Source: Negaprion brevirostris (lineage: Eukaryota). Taken from it: a stretch of DNA of 64,000 bases. The stretch lies in assembly GCA_030324005.1 (NCBI GenBank), contig JARDVH010000025.1:76325454-76389453 (forward strand), written 5' to 3'. Every line of letters starts with the position of its first letter. Position 1 is the stretch's first letter. Made by a program: the position numbers and the translations under genes. The notes beneath the pieces were generated by a model. The model did no database searches. It worked only from the letters and a program-made list of their open reading frames with translations, and was not told where the DNA came from. Positions 37,325 to 50,120 of this stretch are shown piece after piece.

Positions 37325-38115
37325 GGTGAAAGAGAGGGATCAGTTTGTTTTAGCTCACAACTTCTTAAAGGTCCAGGCTCAGTGCTATGAAGATAAAATC
37401 AAAGCATACAATCTTCTAGTGTATGTTTGCAGGCTGGCAATAGAATGCTCAGGCGGCCATTGGATACGCACCAAACTTCCACTTTACATCCCCCCCCTCC
37501 ACCCTATCAGGCTTTGGCTGGCCCTGAGCTCTGATGGCTGGCCCTTATCTCTGATTGCCAGCCCCACCACCAGCCCCCACCTCCCAGTACAGAGTTCCCC
37601 CTTCCCTTCCCTCCTACCAAACTCCACATCTGGCTCTGCTCCTATCTGGCCTCACCCCTTCAGGCCCCACCCCCAGAGCCCCACCTTTGGCACTGTGCAG
37701 TGCCCTGTCAGCACTGCCAGTGTGCCCAGTGACAGAGCCAGGGTGTCAGGCTGGCAATGCCAGGCTGGTACTGCCCAAGGGGCACTGCCCTTTTCTGCCC
37801 CTGACCTCCCAGGGGGCCTCAATGGCCTCCAGTCCCACCAGTAAAACCATCACATCTGGCCCCCTTGCTGGGGACTAGCTGTGATCCCCATTGGCATGGA
37901 CCTCCACTGGCGAGATCAGAAAACCAAGTGAACTTGGACAATATCATCCAGAGCTCACTAAAAAGATTTAAGTTAGGAAATATTCAAATTAGATTAGCAC
38001 TGTTACCTAGCACACGGCTGATTACATGAAAAAAAAAGGCCCTGGAGATATGTGACGTGACATGCCAGCCACCAGTTGGGACTTTGAATTTTGACTCTTG
38101 GCCTTATAATTCCCT
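37325..38115. mobile_element. C-rich non-autonomous DNA-transposon-like repeat
   Basis: Internal palindromic tggcactg..cagtgcc motifs; composition like 20388-21470. Confidence 0.45.
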
Positions 38116-38154
38116 CCCAATCCATCACGCAACCCAGCCTCCCATCCATTGACC

Positions 38155-38297
38155 CTGTCTACACTTCCCACTTAGACAGGAAACCAGGACTAGAGGGCAC
38201 AGCCTCAAAATAAGGGAGGGGGGAGTCAGTTTAGAACGGAGTTGAGGAGGAACTTCTTCACTCAAAGGGTGGTGAATCTCTGGAATTCTCTGCCCGT
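38155..38297 (+). mobile_element. CR1/HER1 LINE 3' fragment
   Basis: TRGHSLKI..RRNFFTQRVVNLWNSLP. Confidence 0.88.
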
Positions 38298-39149
38298 NNN
38301 NNNNNNNNNNNNNNNNNNNNNNNNNNNNNNNNNNNNNNNNNNNNNNNNNNNNNNNNNNNNNNNNNNNNNNNNNNNNNNNNNNNNNNNNNNNNNNNNNAAC
38401 AATCAGAGTGGCAGAGAGGTAGGAACTTGGCAATTTGTGAATTAGCAACATAAGGATTGTATGATTGACATGATCATGTATGAGTAGAGTAAGTAGTAAC
38501 CAATACATAATCACAACTTTGTTGATACTTGGTACTTGTTTAGGAGTTAACAGTGCCAGACCCTGTTAAGTCAGTGAAGGTAGTCAAATCAATGCCAGCT
38601 CATATACCAAATTATGAACACGCAGGAAGATCAATGCAATGGCAATGCCAACAGGCATACAGAAAAGCAAAGACAATTTTAAGATGAAAATAAATAATTT
38701 GAGATTTAATACTACATTCAATTGGTTGGTTTTGCCAGACTCCCAGTTATTTCCTCGTTTGAATATTAATGGTGAGGACTTCTGCTATGAGACCCTCCAG
38801 CAATGGGAAGAGGTTTAAAATCTTGAGAGATGCATGACAAAATTCTAGGATTTTCACCCCGGAATTCCAACTCAGGAAGTCACCTCTTCCTGCCTCTTCT
38901 CATGATAAGAGACAGGGTAAATCCCACAAAAATAGGAAGGAAGTCTGGACCTTCACCTAACATTCAGCCTTTTCATCCTTCGTCCCAACTTCTGCCCCCT
39001 GTCCCAGCCTTAGAGCTGATGAGCATCAGAGATCCTATAGATTTTGGCCTCAGCACCTGTACTTATCAATTTCCCTAACCATTCTTCAGCTTGGAATTGG
39101 TGGCTTTTCTTTGATTATTCCCCACCTGGAGGAAATAGTCTTCCCGATC

Positions 39150-39480
39150 ACATCCCAAGCAAGATGTTCCAGTATAGGCAATACCGCAATGGCAACTACC
39201 TGGAAATGTGAAAAACTCCCCAGGTATGTCCACAAAAAACAACATAAATCCAACCCACTCAATTACCATCCTATCAGTCTATTCTCACTCATCAGTAAAG
39301 TGCTGAAGGGGTTGTCAACATTGCTATCAAGTGGCACTTGCTTAGCAATAACCTGCTTGCTGATGCTCAGTTGGTTCAAACACAAATAAAATAGCTAAAC
39401 TCGAGAGCTAAGATGAGAGTGACTGCCTTTGACATCAAGACAGAATTTGATTGAATTTGGCATCAAGGAGCCCTCGCACC
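39150..39480 (+). mobile_element. CR1/L2-group LINE RT fragment
   Basis: VHKKQHKSNPLNYHPISLFSLISKVLKG; gactgccttTGACATCAAG (ALDIK) motif. Confidence 0.75.
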
Positions 39481-40421
39481 ATCTCAAGGATAATGAGGGA
39501 TGGCAAGACAGCAAGGCGCAAATCCCATGAAAGAATTTTAAAAATCCAGGAAACCAGTGTTTTTTTTTGCCTAGCACCAAACCATGTGATTTACTGGCAG
39601 GCTGTGGAGCACTGCACTGGAATAATTTTAAACAGAAACTAAAAGAATGATTTCTGGGGAAGATCCTCCCTGACAGGTCCACTCAGATTAATTGAGGATA
39701 TTACAGATGAAACAGTCAGTAGAAATGTCAACAAAATATTGTAACTGGATTCTAAGAAATGTTTTGAGATAACTTTCCACATGAAAGGATTTTGTTTGAA
39801 TTAAAACGGCAAGAATCTGAGGTTGAATAATAATCCAGATAAGGAAGGGGGTAAATAATAGGAAGCCAAGATTACTTGCAAGAGCTGGATTTTCAGGCTG
39901 GGGAGGTGACGGTTGGAATCCCTCAGAAGTAAGGACATGATGGTCTTCTGTTTCTCTTGTACAAAAATGGCTTAAATGCTAAATAAACAGCAGACATTTG
40001 CTGATGAGTTGTCCTGACTAGCTACTGCAATTTCAGGGGAAGCTTGATAAGACCTAGATGGGTGTGTAAGTGGGGTTTTCTACTGATGTGCCACTGAGAT
40101 AATGGAGTCTGATCAGAAGGAGCACTGAGTGCGAGTGTCTGTTGGCAAATTTGCTGACATAACCAAAAAGCCAGGATCATAGTAGAGAAAGGAGGAAGCA
40201 GTGTGAAAGTTGGAGAACAATTTAGGTTGGTTATTTGCAATTTGGCAATGGGATTTAAAATTAAACTTTGTATTGATGAAGTACACATGTTGAAAGATAT
40301 TTACCATAGGGATACAATGTAGTTATGGTTTAAAAATAATCTCAGCAATTAGACATAGACAAATGAGAAAGAGAACCAGACATTTCATCCAGGCTTCTGA
40401 AAGCAGCCTGAAGATTAAGCG

Positions 40422-40521
40422 CTGATTAACCTTATGCTACAAATTCACTCATCAAATAATTAAACTCTGATTGACCTTAATTCACAAATTCACTCGTCAA
40501 ACAATTATACTCTGATTGGCC
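40422..40521 (+). repeat. 45-bp tandem repeat, 2.2 copies
   Basis: ctgattaaccttatgctacaaattcactcatcaaataattaaact / ctgattgaccttaattcacaaattcactcgtcaaacaattatact / ctgattggcc. Confidence 0.85.
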
Positions 40522-41921
40522 GAAAGAACCATAAAAACTACAGAAATTTATCGGAAAGAAGGAGCCTATTTGGTTATTTCTTCCTGTGCCAGCTCTTTAA
40601 TAAAGCATTCCAATTTTTTTAAAAATTTGTTTGTGGGATGTGGGCAGTGAAGTAACAATAATCCACGTCAAGATGGTGTGTTCCCATGTATCTGTTGTCC
40701 TTGTCCTTCTAGATGACAGTGGTTGTGGGTTTTGAAGGTGTCGTCTAAGGAGCCATGAGAGTATCTGCTCAGTGAATGCCATTACTCAATCTTTTCATCA
40801 TAGCCCTATGACAGGACGGAGTCATGGTTTGTGACCCGTTCCTGTACTTCGCATAGGTATCCTATTTTCCATTAATAAAGGCAATGGCCTTTACTTCAAT
40901 GATTACCTGTGTGAGAGCATTCCATGCTTCAACATCTCTCTGCATAAGGAACTAGCAAAACTCATTCTTTCAGGCACAATTTTAAATTAATCACCTTTTG
41001 TTCCTGATTCCATAACATGAGAAGCTTTTCAGAGGGTCAAAGTGCTAGATGCTGAGCAGATAGCAGGAGTCATGCTGCTGGAGGTGAAAGGAGGAGATCA
41101 CCCTATTTTAGTTGATGGCAGGGCCAGGGAAGACATATTCCTGCTGCTGGACAATTAAATGGCTGCCACTAGGGCCTCTGTTCCAGTTAAGGATGGCAGC
41201 TTGCTTCCAAGTGCTGCCAACCCAATCAAAAACTGGCAGCCCAGCAGTTCAGCGGTGTTGGTCATTTTTGAGGCTGCAGCTGAAGGAGTGGACCTCAATA
41301 GCCAAGCACTCTTGGATAGGGTTAAATGAGATGTTCAATTGAAATGGAAAAGCCCTGGTGATTTTTGGATTGAGGCCATGAGACACAGGCAGCCCCATTT
41401 CCACACATTACCTTTGCATGCCTTCTTTAAGGACATAGAATGCCCAAAAAGGAGGACCACAACACCAGAGTCCACTGGGAAGCTGCCAGGTTCTACCGAG
41501 TGATCTCCCTGTGTATTAGCAGGCCTCTGATCTGTGTAACATGTCAGGACAGGCTTGAATCAGCCTTCAACTGGCTATTCAAGTGGCTTACTTGAGCTCC
41601 TAGCATGCAAACAAGCTGCCAACTTTCTCACCACTGGAAAAATGGCATGGTGGTGGGAAGATGTTGGGTACGACCCCCCTGGAGCCCATTTTGCCAGCCT
41701 TCCTGTCTCTCAGCCCATTGCCAAAGTACTGGTAAAACTACTGCCGTAGAATCATTACAGCACACAATGAAATCTATCAAGTCAATGCCAGTTCTTTGTA
41801 GAGCAATCCAGTCAGTTCTGCTCCTGTGCTCTGTCTTCACGCCCACGCAAGTTTATTTGTAGAAATTTCACTTCCTTTGAAATCAATGACCTTCTCTGCT
41901 TTTGTCACCCTCATAGACACG

Positions 41922-42893
41922 GGGTGGGATTTTCCAGCCATGCTCACCCCAAAACTGGATAATCCTGTCTGAGATCAACGAATCTTTGCATGGTTTGCNN
42001 NNNNNNNNNNNNNNNNNNNNNNNNNNNNNNNNNNNNNNNNNNNNNNNNNNNNNNNNNNNNNNNNNNNNNNNNNNNNNNNNNNNNNNNNNNNNNNNNNNNN
42101 NNNNNNNNNNNNNNNNNNNNNNNNNNNNNNNNNNNNNNNNNNNNNNNNNNNNNNNNNNNNNNNNNNNNNNNNNNNNNNNNNNNNNNNNNNNNNNNNNNNN
42201 NNNNNNNNNNNNNNNNNNNNNNNNNNNNNNNNNNNNNNNNNNNNNNNNNNNNNNNNNNNNNNNNNNNNNNNNNNNNNNNNNNNNNNNNNNNNNNNNNNNN
42301 NNNNNNNNNNNNNNNNNNNNNNNNNNNNNNNNNNNNNNNNNNNNNNNNNNNNNNNNNNNNNNNNNNNNNNNNNNNNNNNNNNNNNNNNNNNNNNNNNNNN
42401 NNNNNNNNNNNNNNNNNNNNNNNNNNNNNNNNNNNNNNNNNNNNNNNNNNNNNNNNNNNNNNNNNNNNNNNNNNNNNNNNNNNNNNNNNNNNNNNNNNNN
42501 NNNNNNNNNNNNNNNNNNNNNNNNNNNNNNNNNNNNNNNNNNNNNNNNNNNNNNNNNNNNNNNNNNNNNNNNNNNNNNNNNNNNNNNNNNNNNNNNNNNN
42601 NNNNNNNNNNNNNNNNNNNNNNNNNNNNNNNNNNNNNNNNNNNNNNNNNNNNNNNNNNNNNNNNNNNNNNNNNNNNNNNNNNNNNNNNNNNNNNNNNNNN
42701 NNNNNNNNNNNNNNNNNNNNNNNNNNNNNNNNNNNNNNNNNNNNNNNNNNNNNNNNNNNNNNNNNNNNNNNNNNNNNNNNNNNNNNNNNNNNNNNNNNNN
42801 NNNNNNNNNNNNNNNNNNNNNNNNNNNNNNNNNNNATGGTTTGCCGCCAACCCACTCTAATTCCCTTAGCGAATGGGACTGGAAAATTCCCCC
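41922..42893. mobile_element. Short hairpin MITE-like repeat split by an assembly gap
   Basis: ggggtgggattttccag ... ctggaaaattccccc termini; atggtttgc is duplicated on both gap flanks. Confidence 0.6.
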
Positions 42894-42894
42894 A

Positions 42895-43680
42895 AAGGAG
42901 TTTGAGTTCATTACCATTCACTGTGTAATGAATTCCTTCCTCATATCCCCCATATCTCTTGCCCAAAACCTTAACCTGTGTCCTCTAATCCGTTTACAAT
43001 CAACTCATTTAAACAGCCTTTCTTCATCAAACTTATTTAAGCCTGTCATAATCTGGCACACCTTTATAAATCTCCCCTCAATCTTCTTTGCTCCATTTAG
43101 AATAACTCCAGCTTCTTCAACCTAACCTTGTAGCTGAAGCTGGCATCCCTGGAACAATTCTAATAAATTGCATCTACATCTTCTAAAGGATCTTCAGGTC
43201 CATCCTGAAGTGTAGTGACCATAACTGGATGCAAAACTATAGTTGTGGCCTTACACTTTATAAGCTTTATAAAGCTTCAGCACAGTTTCCCTGGTTTTGT
43301 ACCCAATCTGCTGATTACGCTTTGCTAAAGACTCTTGCATCTGCCACCTTCAAATACCTATGCACATTAACTCCCAGCTCCCTCTGTTCCTACACACTCT
43401 TTCAAACTGTGCCATTAAATATATATGGCCTTTCCTTCCCTTCTCTCAAAATGCATCACCTCAGTATTAAGTTCTATTGCCCACCAGTCTGTCCATTATG
43501 TTAGCTCTCTGTGTTCTGTTGCAGTCTATTGGTATCATCCTTACAGTTTGCTATATCTCCAAGTTTGTTATCATTAGTAAATTTTGAAATTTGACTCCAT
43601 TCACAGATCCAAGTCATCTATATGTGTCAAAGAGAGGCAGTAGCCCTTGAATTGATTGTTGGCAGATTCCATCCTCCAGC
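42895..43680 (-). mobile_element. Old CR1 LINE RT/3' fragment
   Basis: gaccataactggatgcaaaact (antisense of YCVQFWS-like); tttgttatcattag.aaat (antisense of FADDTK-like). Confidence 0.75.
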
Positions 43681-44166
43681 CTAATCATTCAGAGGAGGAC
43701 AGACACTGAATACCATCTCCAAAACCTATCTGCTTCTTACCCACTGAAACCTGGCTATAATGTTTTTGTTCGGAGTGACTTCCTAACCTCCCTTCTATAC
43801 CTTGATCATATTCCCACCAGTCCTCTGTGAAAAGAGGTCAATCTTTAAAATGAAAATTACTCTCTTTTAGTTCATCGCTATTGTCTTGCCCTAGATTTTT
43901 GGCGGAGTTTCCCACATATAACCCTGTTGAGGGAATTGCACCTCCATTCACTCCATGTAGCAGTTGCCACAGAAACCCTGGATGCTCTTTGAGTCTCAAA
44001 AGCAGAAATGCCTAGTGTGGGGAATTACTGCCCAGTCTCTGCTCACGTGGCAGTCCCTTGCACTCTGACAGGGTTGGATTCTTCACCCCTCACTAGGCAG
44101 CAGGAAATTGCAGAAATAGAACAGACCATATATATAACTTATTTATATATGTGTGTGTATTTCTAG

Positions 44167-44972
44167 TGTTATGGTTCAGGTTAGAAGCTCCAAAGTGTTT
44201 TATGAAGCTCACCTGAATCATAAATTTTGCATCTTGAATTTGGTTAGGATAAACATGATATTTTCTACTTCAGGTGTGTTTCAAAAGATCCACTAGGGAG
44301 TTTTTAATCAAGCAAAGTTTATTTAAGAGTATAGTTAACATGTATAGTAAGAAAATTAACAAGAACTTTTATCAAACAAGGAACAAAACAGTGACTATAA
44401 TGCATAACCCTTATCAAAGATCTAATGAGTTCCAATCAAACCAAAATCCTTGCCATAGGCAAAACCCTCTAAATAGGTTCAATATATTAAAGTTTACTGC
44501 TCATGTGATTCTAGAAATTGAGTCCCTTGGCTGAAACCTGCAATTCTCTGGATTCACTCTGAACAGTTTGAAGACAAGGCAGCTTCCCAAAACACTAGAA
44601 AGACTCTGGTCCAGCCCCCAACAACAGCAAATTTTATCCTTCAGGGAAGCAAGAGAATTTCCAAAGAAAAGAGAGAGAGAAGGAAAACACTTCTTTTTAG
44701 CTTGATGTCCCTTCTAGAACTGAAACTCAAACCTGCAGCTCCAAACTGAAATTGAAAACAAAAACTGTCCAAAAACATATGACCATTCTCCTAACAATGC
44801 AGAATCATAAAATTTAATCCAGAGTAAGTACAAACAAACTCTTTTGGGCCACTTAAGTAGAAATAAAAGGACATTTCCAATCAACCCAGCAACAATGACA
44901 TCTCTAAAGCTAGGAGAGCTGCAGAAATCATGTTTTTAAATAAACCTTTCTTAAAGGTACACTAACATCACA
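44167..44972. mobile_element. Solo LTR (806 bp)
   Basis: TGttat...atcaCA termini (imperfect inverted repeat); flanking 4-mers ctag/ctat resemble a 4-bp TSD with one mismatch; no internal coding. Confidence 0.7.
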
Positions 44973-44999
44973 CTATAGCAAACATGTCTGTCACTCTTC

Positions 45000-45530
45000 A
45001 AACACTATACTTTTCTTGAAGATGTTCCCTCTAGGTTTGATTATTTCAACACACTGCTGGCCATCCTTTCACATTCTATTCTGGAGGAACAAGGTCATCT
45101 GAAGTCCTGTTACCCATATCCTTACCCATACAAAGTTCAATTCACCTATCACCCCTTTGCTTGCTAACCTACATGGGGTAAGCCATACATCAATTTTAAA
45201 ATTTCAATCCCTCCATGGCTTTGCCCCTATCTATTTCTTAACTTCTTATAGGCCTGCAATCCTCCAAGATACCTAATGTTCTTTTAATTCAGGCTGCTTG
45301 AGCTTCACCATATTTAAATTGTCCATCATTAGTGTCTGGACCTTAAACTCTGGAATTCACACCATAACAATCTTCACCTTTCTTCTCCTGTTTCCTCCTT
45401 TGAGACACTCCTTAAAATTGGCATTTTGACCAAGCTATTTATCATCTACCCTAATATAGTCTTATGCTTGGTGTCAAATTTTGCTTTATAATAGTCCTGT
45501 GAGGTGTCTTTGGATATTGTATCATATTAA
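45000..45530 (+). mobile_element. L2 LINE 3' end
   Basis: cacctatcacccct.tgcttgct.acctacatgg (ITPxLxxLHW-like), tctggaattc, tccttt.agac.ctccttaaaa...ttttgaccaagct. Confidence 0.75.
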
Positions 45531-45534
45531 ATAC

Positions 45535-45842
45535 ACAGTTGTTACCACTGCTATCTCACAGTGCCAGGGACCCGGGTTCAATTCCGGCGTCAGGTGACTG
45601 TCTGAAGTTTGCATGCTCTTACTGTGTCTGTGTGGGTTTTCTCCAGATACCCTGGTCTCCTCCCACAGTCCAAAGATGTGCAGGTTTTGTGGATTGGCCA
45701 TGGTAAATTGCCGCTTAGTGTCAGGGAGGTTAGCAGAGTTAATATGAGGGGTTTCGGGAATAGGGTCAGGGGTGAGATTGTTGTCCGTGCAGGCTTGATG
45801 GGCCAAATGGCCTCTTTCTGCACTGTGGGGATTCTATGATCC
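45535..45842 (+). mobile_element. HE1-type V-SINE
   Basis: ctcacagtgccagggacccgggttcaattccggc...ctgcactgt.gggattctatgat. Confidence 0.9.
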
Positions 45843-45844
45843 TA

Positions 45845-46305
45845 AGAATACAAGACACAGGAACAGAAGTAGACCATTCAGTCTTTTGAGCCAACTTCAC
45901 CATTCAATGACAGCTTATCTTTCATTTAATACCATTTTCCTGCACTATTCCCACATCATTTGGTATTTTTAAATATGTATGAATCTATTGATCTGAGTTT
46001 TAAGCTGCTGGACAACTGAACTTCCATAGCCCTGTGGAGCAGACTTTTCTAGTGAATCACCACTCTCTGAGTAAACAAGTTCCTCCTCATCTCCAACTAA
46101 ATTGGCTTGTCCCTTATTCTGAGCCTGTGTTTCCTGGTTCTGGAGACCCCAACCAGGGTGGAACATCCTACTTGCACCTACCCAGTTGAGCCCTGTAAGA
46201 ATTTTATATGTTTGAATGAGATTCTCTTGTTCTTCAAAACTGAAGAGAATGAAGGCCCAGTCTATTTAATCTTTCCCCATAGGATAATCCTGTATCCCAG
46301 GAATT
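45845..46305 (-). mobile_element. CR1/HER1 LINE 3' end
   Basis: Antisense caccactctctgagtaaacaagttcctcctcatctc (RRNLFTQRVV) and aggaacagaagtagaccattcag tail. Confidence 0.85.
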
Positions 46306-46477
46306 AGGTTAGGGAGTAAAAGTAACAGCTGAACTGGTGAAGGACATCCATGCATCTCTAAAAAAATGATTTGTGGGCCGATTTACAGTCAGAATTCAGA
46401 AATAGTTTAGAGAATGGTTTGATACACATTATTTCAAGAGAAAAATATGATATCAAACAGAAAAATCCAATTATAGA

Positions 46478-46778
46478 TTCATAGAACCTTACAGCGCAGA
46501 AGGTGGCCTTTCAGTCCATCGAATCTGCACCAACCACAATCGTACCCAGGCCCTATCTTCGTAATCCCATGCATTTACCCTAGCTAGTTAACATGGCCAA
46601 TCCACCTAACCCATACATCTTTGGACTGTTGGAGGAAACTAGAGCACCCAGAGGAAACCCACACAGTTACAGGGAGAATGTGCAAACTCACACAGACAGT
46701 GACCCAAGCCAGGAATCAAACTCAGGTTCCTGGCACTGTGAAGGCAGCAGTGCTAACCACTGTGCTACCATGCTGCCC
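46478..46778 (-). mobile_element. HE1-type V-SINE (antisense)
   Basis: gcagcagtgctaaccactgtgctaccatgctgccc is the reverse complement of the head. Confidence 0.9.
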
Positions 46779-49599
46779 AAACCTATACTTGAGTTAGAAT
46801 TGGAACTGAGGGAAAAACATAAGATTGGTTGAAGTAATAGGCCTAGCAGAGGTCTGGGTTAACTGGTTGACAAGCTCCTCAAGTTATTTCAGAATAACAG
46901 AGAATTCAGACTGCAAACTGATAGTTCTAGCACTGTGAAAGCTGGTTGAGATAAAAGGTTATGGGGGTGTATGCTCCAGATTACCTTTGATAAAATCTGC
47001 AATGATCGCCATGTTGTGGCTTTCATTAGTCCTGGCTTTGCATGAACTTAGACCCCCTGATGAACTTGCAGCCATTCAGCAGCACATTTAACATTGTGCT
47101 CCATGCCACAATCACGGAAATGAGCAGGCAATACAAAGTTTCAGCGGGCATGAACTAATCTAGCATTGGCTTATCAATTTTTTAGCTCTGTGTTGTGTTA
47201 TTATAATGATATAATACCTTGGACTTCACTGTAAAAGGCACAAGTCACAAATTGCTCATAGAAGATTAGGTAAACACATTGTGTGTTCATTTACCAAGGC
47301 TAGGTCCCTGAGAATAGATATACATAGGTGTAAAGCTTGGAGACATCAGAGCTGAGTGTATGTGCTCTGTTGAAAGCAAAAATGAAACTAAAACTGGATC
47401 ACATGAAACATTTCCTATCAAATGATCTCATGCTAGTATCCCTTAAAGGCATATTACTTAGTTCCACCTTGTTTATTTGGAGACGTAGAGCATTGATGAT
47501 GGTAAGCAATAAAGTCAACAGCAGAGAAAATGTGAGGGCTGACATATTCCATTTTGTTTGATGATCTTGTTAAAAATAAATCAATTTATTAAGATACCAA
47601 TGCAACTTGCAGAAAAAGTTAATGACTTTAAGCAGACATGTTTAGCTGCCTATGAATAATGTTTCTATACTGACAGCATGATTTTGTGACCACGTTCGCT
47701 GCGAGTGCAAACGGTGACATGGGTGCAAAATTTTGCAAAACTAGGAAAACGACAATCTCGCAGCAAGATCTTGTTTTATGATTCTTTCCTGTTCCCTGTT
47801 GCTGACGTAATGAGATTCCTACCCTTGTTATAAGTTTAATTTTAATTAGCAGGCTTCTCTGCCATATTATTTACCAAGATTTGTAATTCCCCCCGGCCAA
47901 CCTGATGTCATATCATGAGGTTTACAGCCGCTTTTAAAAATGGTGGTGCACAGGGTGAGAGGGACATACTTGGGTAGTACCTTGGCACTGCTCCTAGCAC
48001 TGCACACTGGCAAGCATTGATTTTGGTGGGACTCAGCAGATCCCACTGGTGGCCTATGGAAAGCTGTTTCCATCACTGGAAATTTCCCCATGGCGGGGTG
48101 GGGTCCTTGAAAATCCCAGTCAATGATTCTGAAATGTTCTCAGGATTATGGATTATGTTGAAGCTTAGAATAAATGAGCAGGCTTTTTTTTACTGGAGCT
48201 CTATAAGCCTCCTGGTGTACTTCTATAATAGATTGTAGAGGAAATGTATCAGGGAGCTAGTCTTTTAGCTTGTAGGCTTTGCCACTCGAGATGATGGAAA
48301 TCATAGGATATGCTCTCCTACTCTGAATGGATATGTTCAGATTGGATGCAAATTACAATATATCATACAAATGTAATTCTCCTTATTTGCAGCTTAGCAT
48401 TACTGTGCGCTAGGAATACCAATGTATTCCAGGCTTAAGACTGGTATGCTGGCAGTAGGTATTTAACATGTAAAGGAAAATTTAGTCAATGTTACAGAAT
48501 CTTTTGCTACCATTTTTAATAATCTCCGGCAAGATCTCTTTTGGAGGCAAGGAATCGCTGTAAAGTCCATCAGCAATATTTAAACTATCCTAACCTTGGA
48601 AATTTACCAGTCAACAACATGCCAGTGGAATGGTTAGAAGAGTTGCAGACGTTGAGGCAGAGTGTAGTGTTCAATTGTTCTGTGTTGGATCATGTGAATT
48701 TTTTACTATTGATGTCCACCGTGCTTGAATGCTTAAATTTGGGTGTAACCTGTCCTGAAACCAACCAGCTTTCAGCTATTTACTCTCATGTGACTAAGTT
48801 TAAAGCAATATTTAGGTCTAGAAAAGTTCATCTAGGTGGCTCATGTCAATCCAAAGAATTGTAATTTAACTGAACAGTGTCAGAACCAGGTCAAAAAACA
48901 GTGCAATTATAACTGACGCACACAGTGCCTGATGTACCTTTCAGTGCGCACATCTGTTTCCAGATCATTTTGAGTTGCCACACAATTGACAAGCACCTTT
49001 TTGTTTTCATATTTTCATAATTTTTATTGGATTCTAGCCAAGACCGAGGATTTTAGTTGATAATTTATTTCTGTCTAATATGTCTGAACCAGTCAAACTC
49101 AGAATGATTCAATTTTTTGACTGAGGCTACTGTACACTCCTTTCACAAAGCTTCAGCTTTCTTACATTCGTTTATTAAAGCAAAGGTAACCTATTTTACT
49201 AAGCTCTTACATAGAGGTTATGTTCAAGTGGGAGTTAATTGCAAAGATTAGTGTCCTACAGTGCGCGTTGCACNNNNNNNNNNNNNNNNNNNNNNNNNNN
49301 NNNNNNNNNNNNNNNNNNNNNNNNNNNNNNNNNNNNNNNNNNNNNNNNNNNNNNNNNNNNNNNNNNNNNNNNNGCACACTGGTGATTAATCAGAATATTT
49401 TGGTATTTCTCTTCAGTTAAGGAGAAAGTCACATCAAATTGAGGTAAGAACAGCTTCCCAGTACAGCTCCATTAAGGGTGATGCAATGAAATTCTGCAAG
49501 AATCTGCAGCAAAATTGCAGTTAAGCACGAGGAGCTGGATCACCACACAATGTAGGTATAGAACAAGTCAGCTTGAGAAATGAAAGTACCCAAATGATT

Positions 49600-49930
49600 C
49601 AGTTTCTTCTGTCATGTCCAATACTTAATTTCCCATCAACAACTTCAAGCCTCTTTAAGGCTCAATTCCATCCAAGAGTCATTCAACACTGTTCCTATTT
49701 CTGTGGTGACTCACTTGCATTCCTGGATAGGATACAAGAAGAAGCTTGTCATTTGATAGGTGATCCTGTTTCAACTTTCCACCACAGTGTTTCTTTTCTT
49801 TCACTATATTATCAGTGCTACTATTGTCATCATTCCTTTGACCTTTCTTCTCTAGTTCCTATTAAACTCCAAACTGATCAATGTTTGATTTGTATAGATT
49901 CTCCCCATCCTTTCACCCTTCTGTTTAAAC
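49600..49930 (+). mobile_element. Ancient CR1-group (Zenon/Crack-like) LINE RT C-terminal remnant
   Basis: LFKAQFHPRVIQHCSYF..LAFLDRIQEEACHLIGDP..SVSFLSLYYQCYY..DLSSLVP resembles LYKAQVRPxMEYCSHxW..LDRIQ..RLIGD..SLSLFYRYY..ELSSLVP. Confidence 0.65.
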
Positions 49931-50057
49931 ATACTTCATCAACTGAAGGTGTTGATTCCTGTTTATACTTGGCACCAGTGGTGACCATTCTTTGCATGTC
50001 AGCCTAAAAGATGGGTATTATAATGGATCAAAATTCTGTCCATAGAATTACACTTAC

Positions 50058-50120
50058 CAGCAATTATCCAAAGATTAATTTTTTGATCAGAGACAATTGA
50101 TGTAAATGATGGCATCCCTG
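50058..50120 (-). other. Orphan exon candidate (63 nt, symmetric phase 1-1)
   Basis: Minus-strand acceptor ctatttccatttcacAG (NAGNAG) and donor CTG|GTAAGT; open frame GMPSFTSIVSDQKINLWIIA. Confidence 0.3.

Noticed and set aside
37326-37878. 172-aa and 107-aa proline-rich ORFs
   Set aside because: By-product of a C-rich repeat interior; no domain motif and no splice context
40422-40521. CRISPR-like repeat
   Set aside because: Units are contiguous tandem copies with no unique spacers, and the context is eukaryotic
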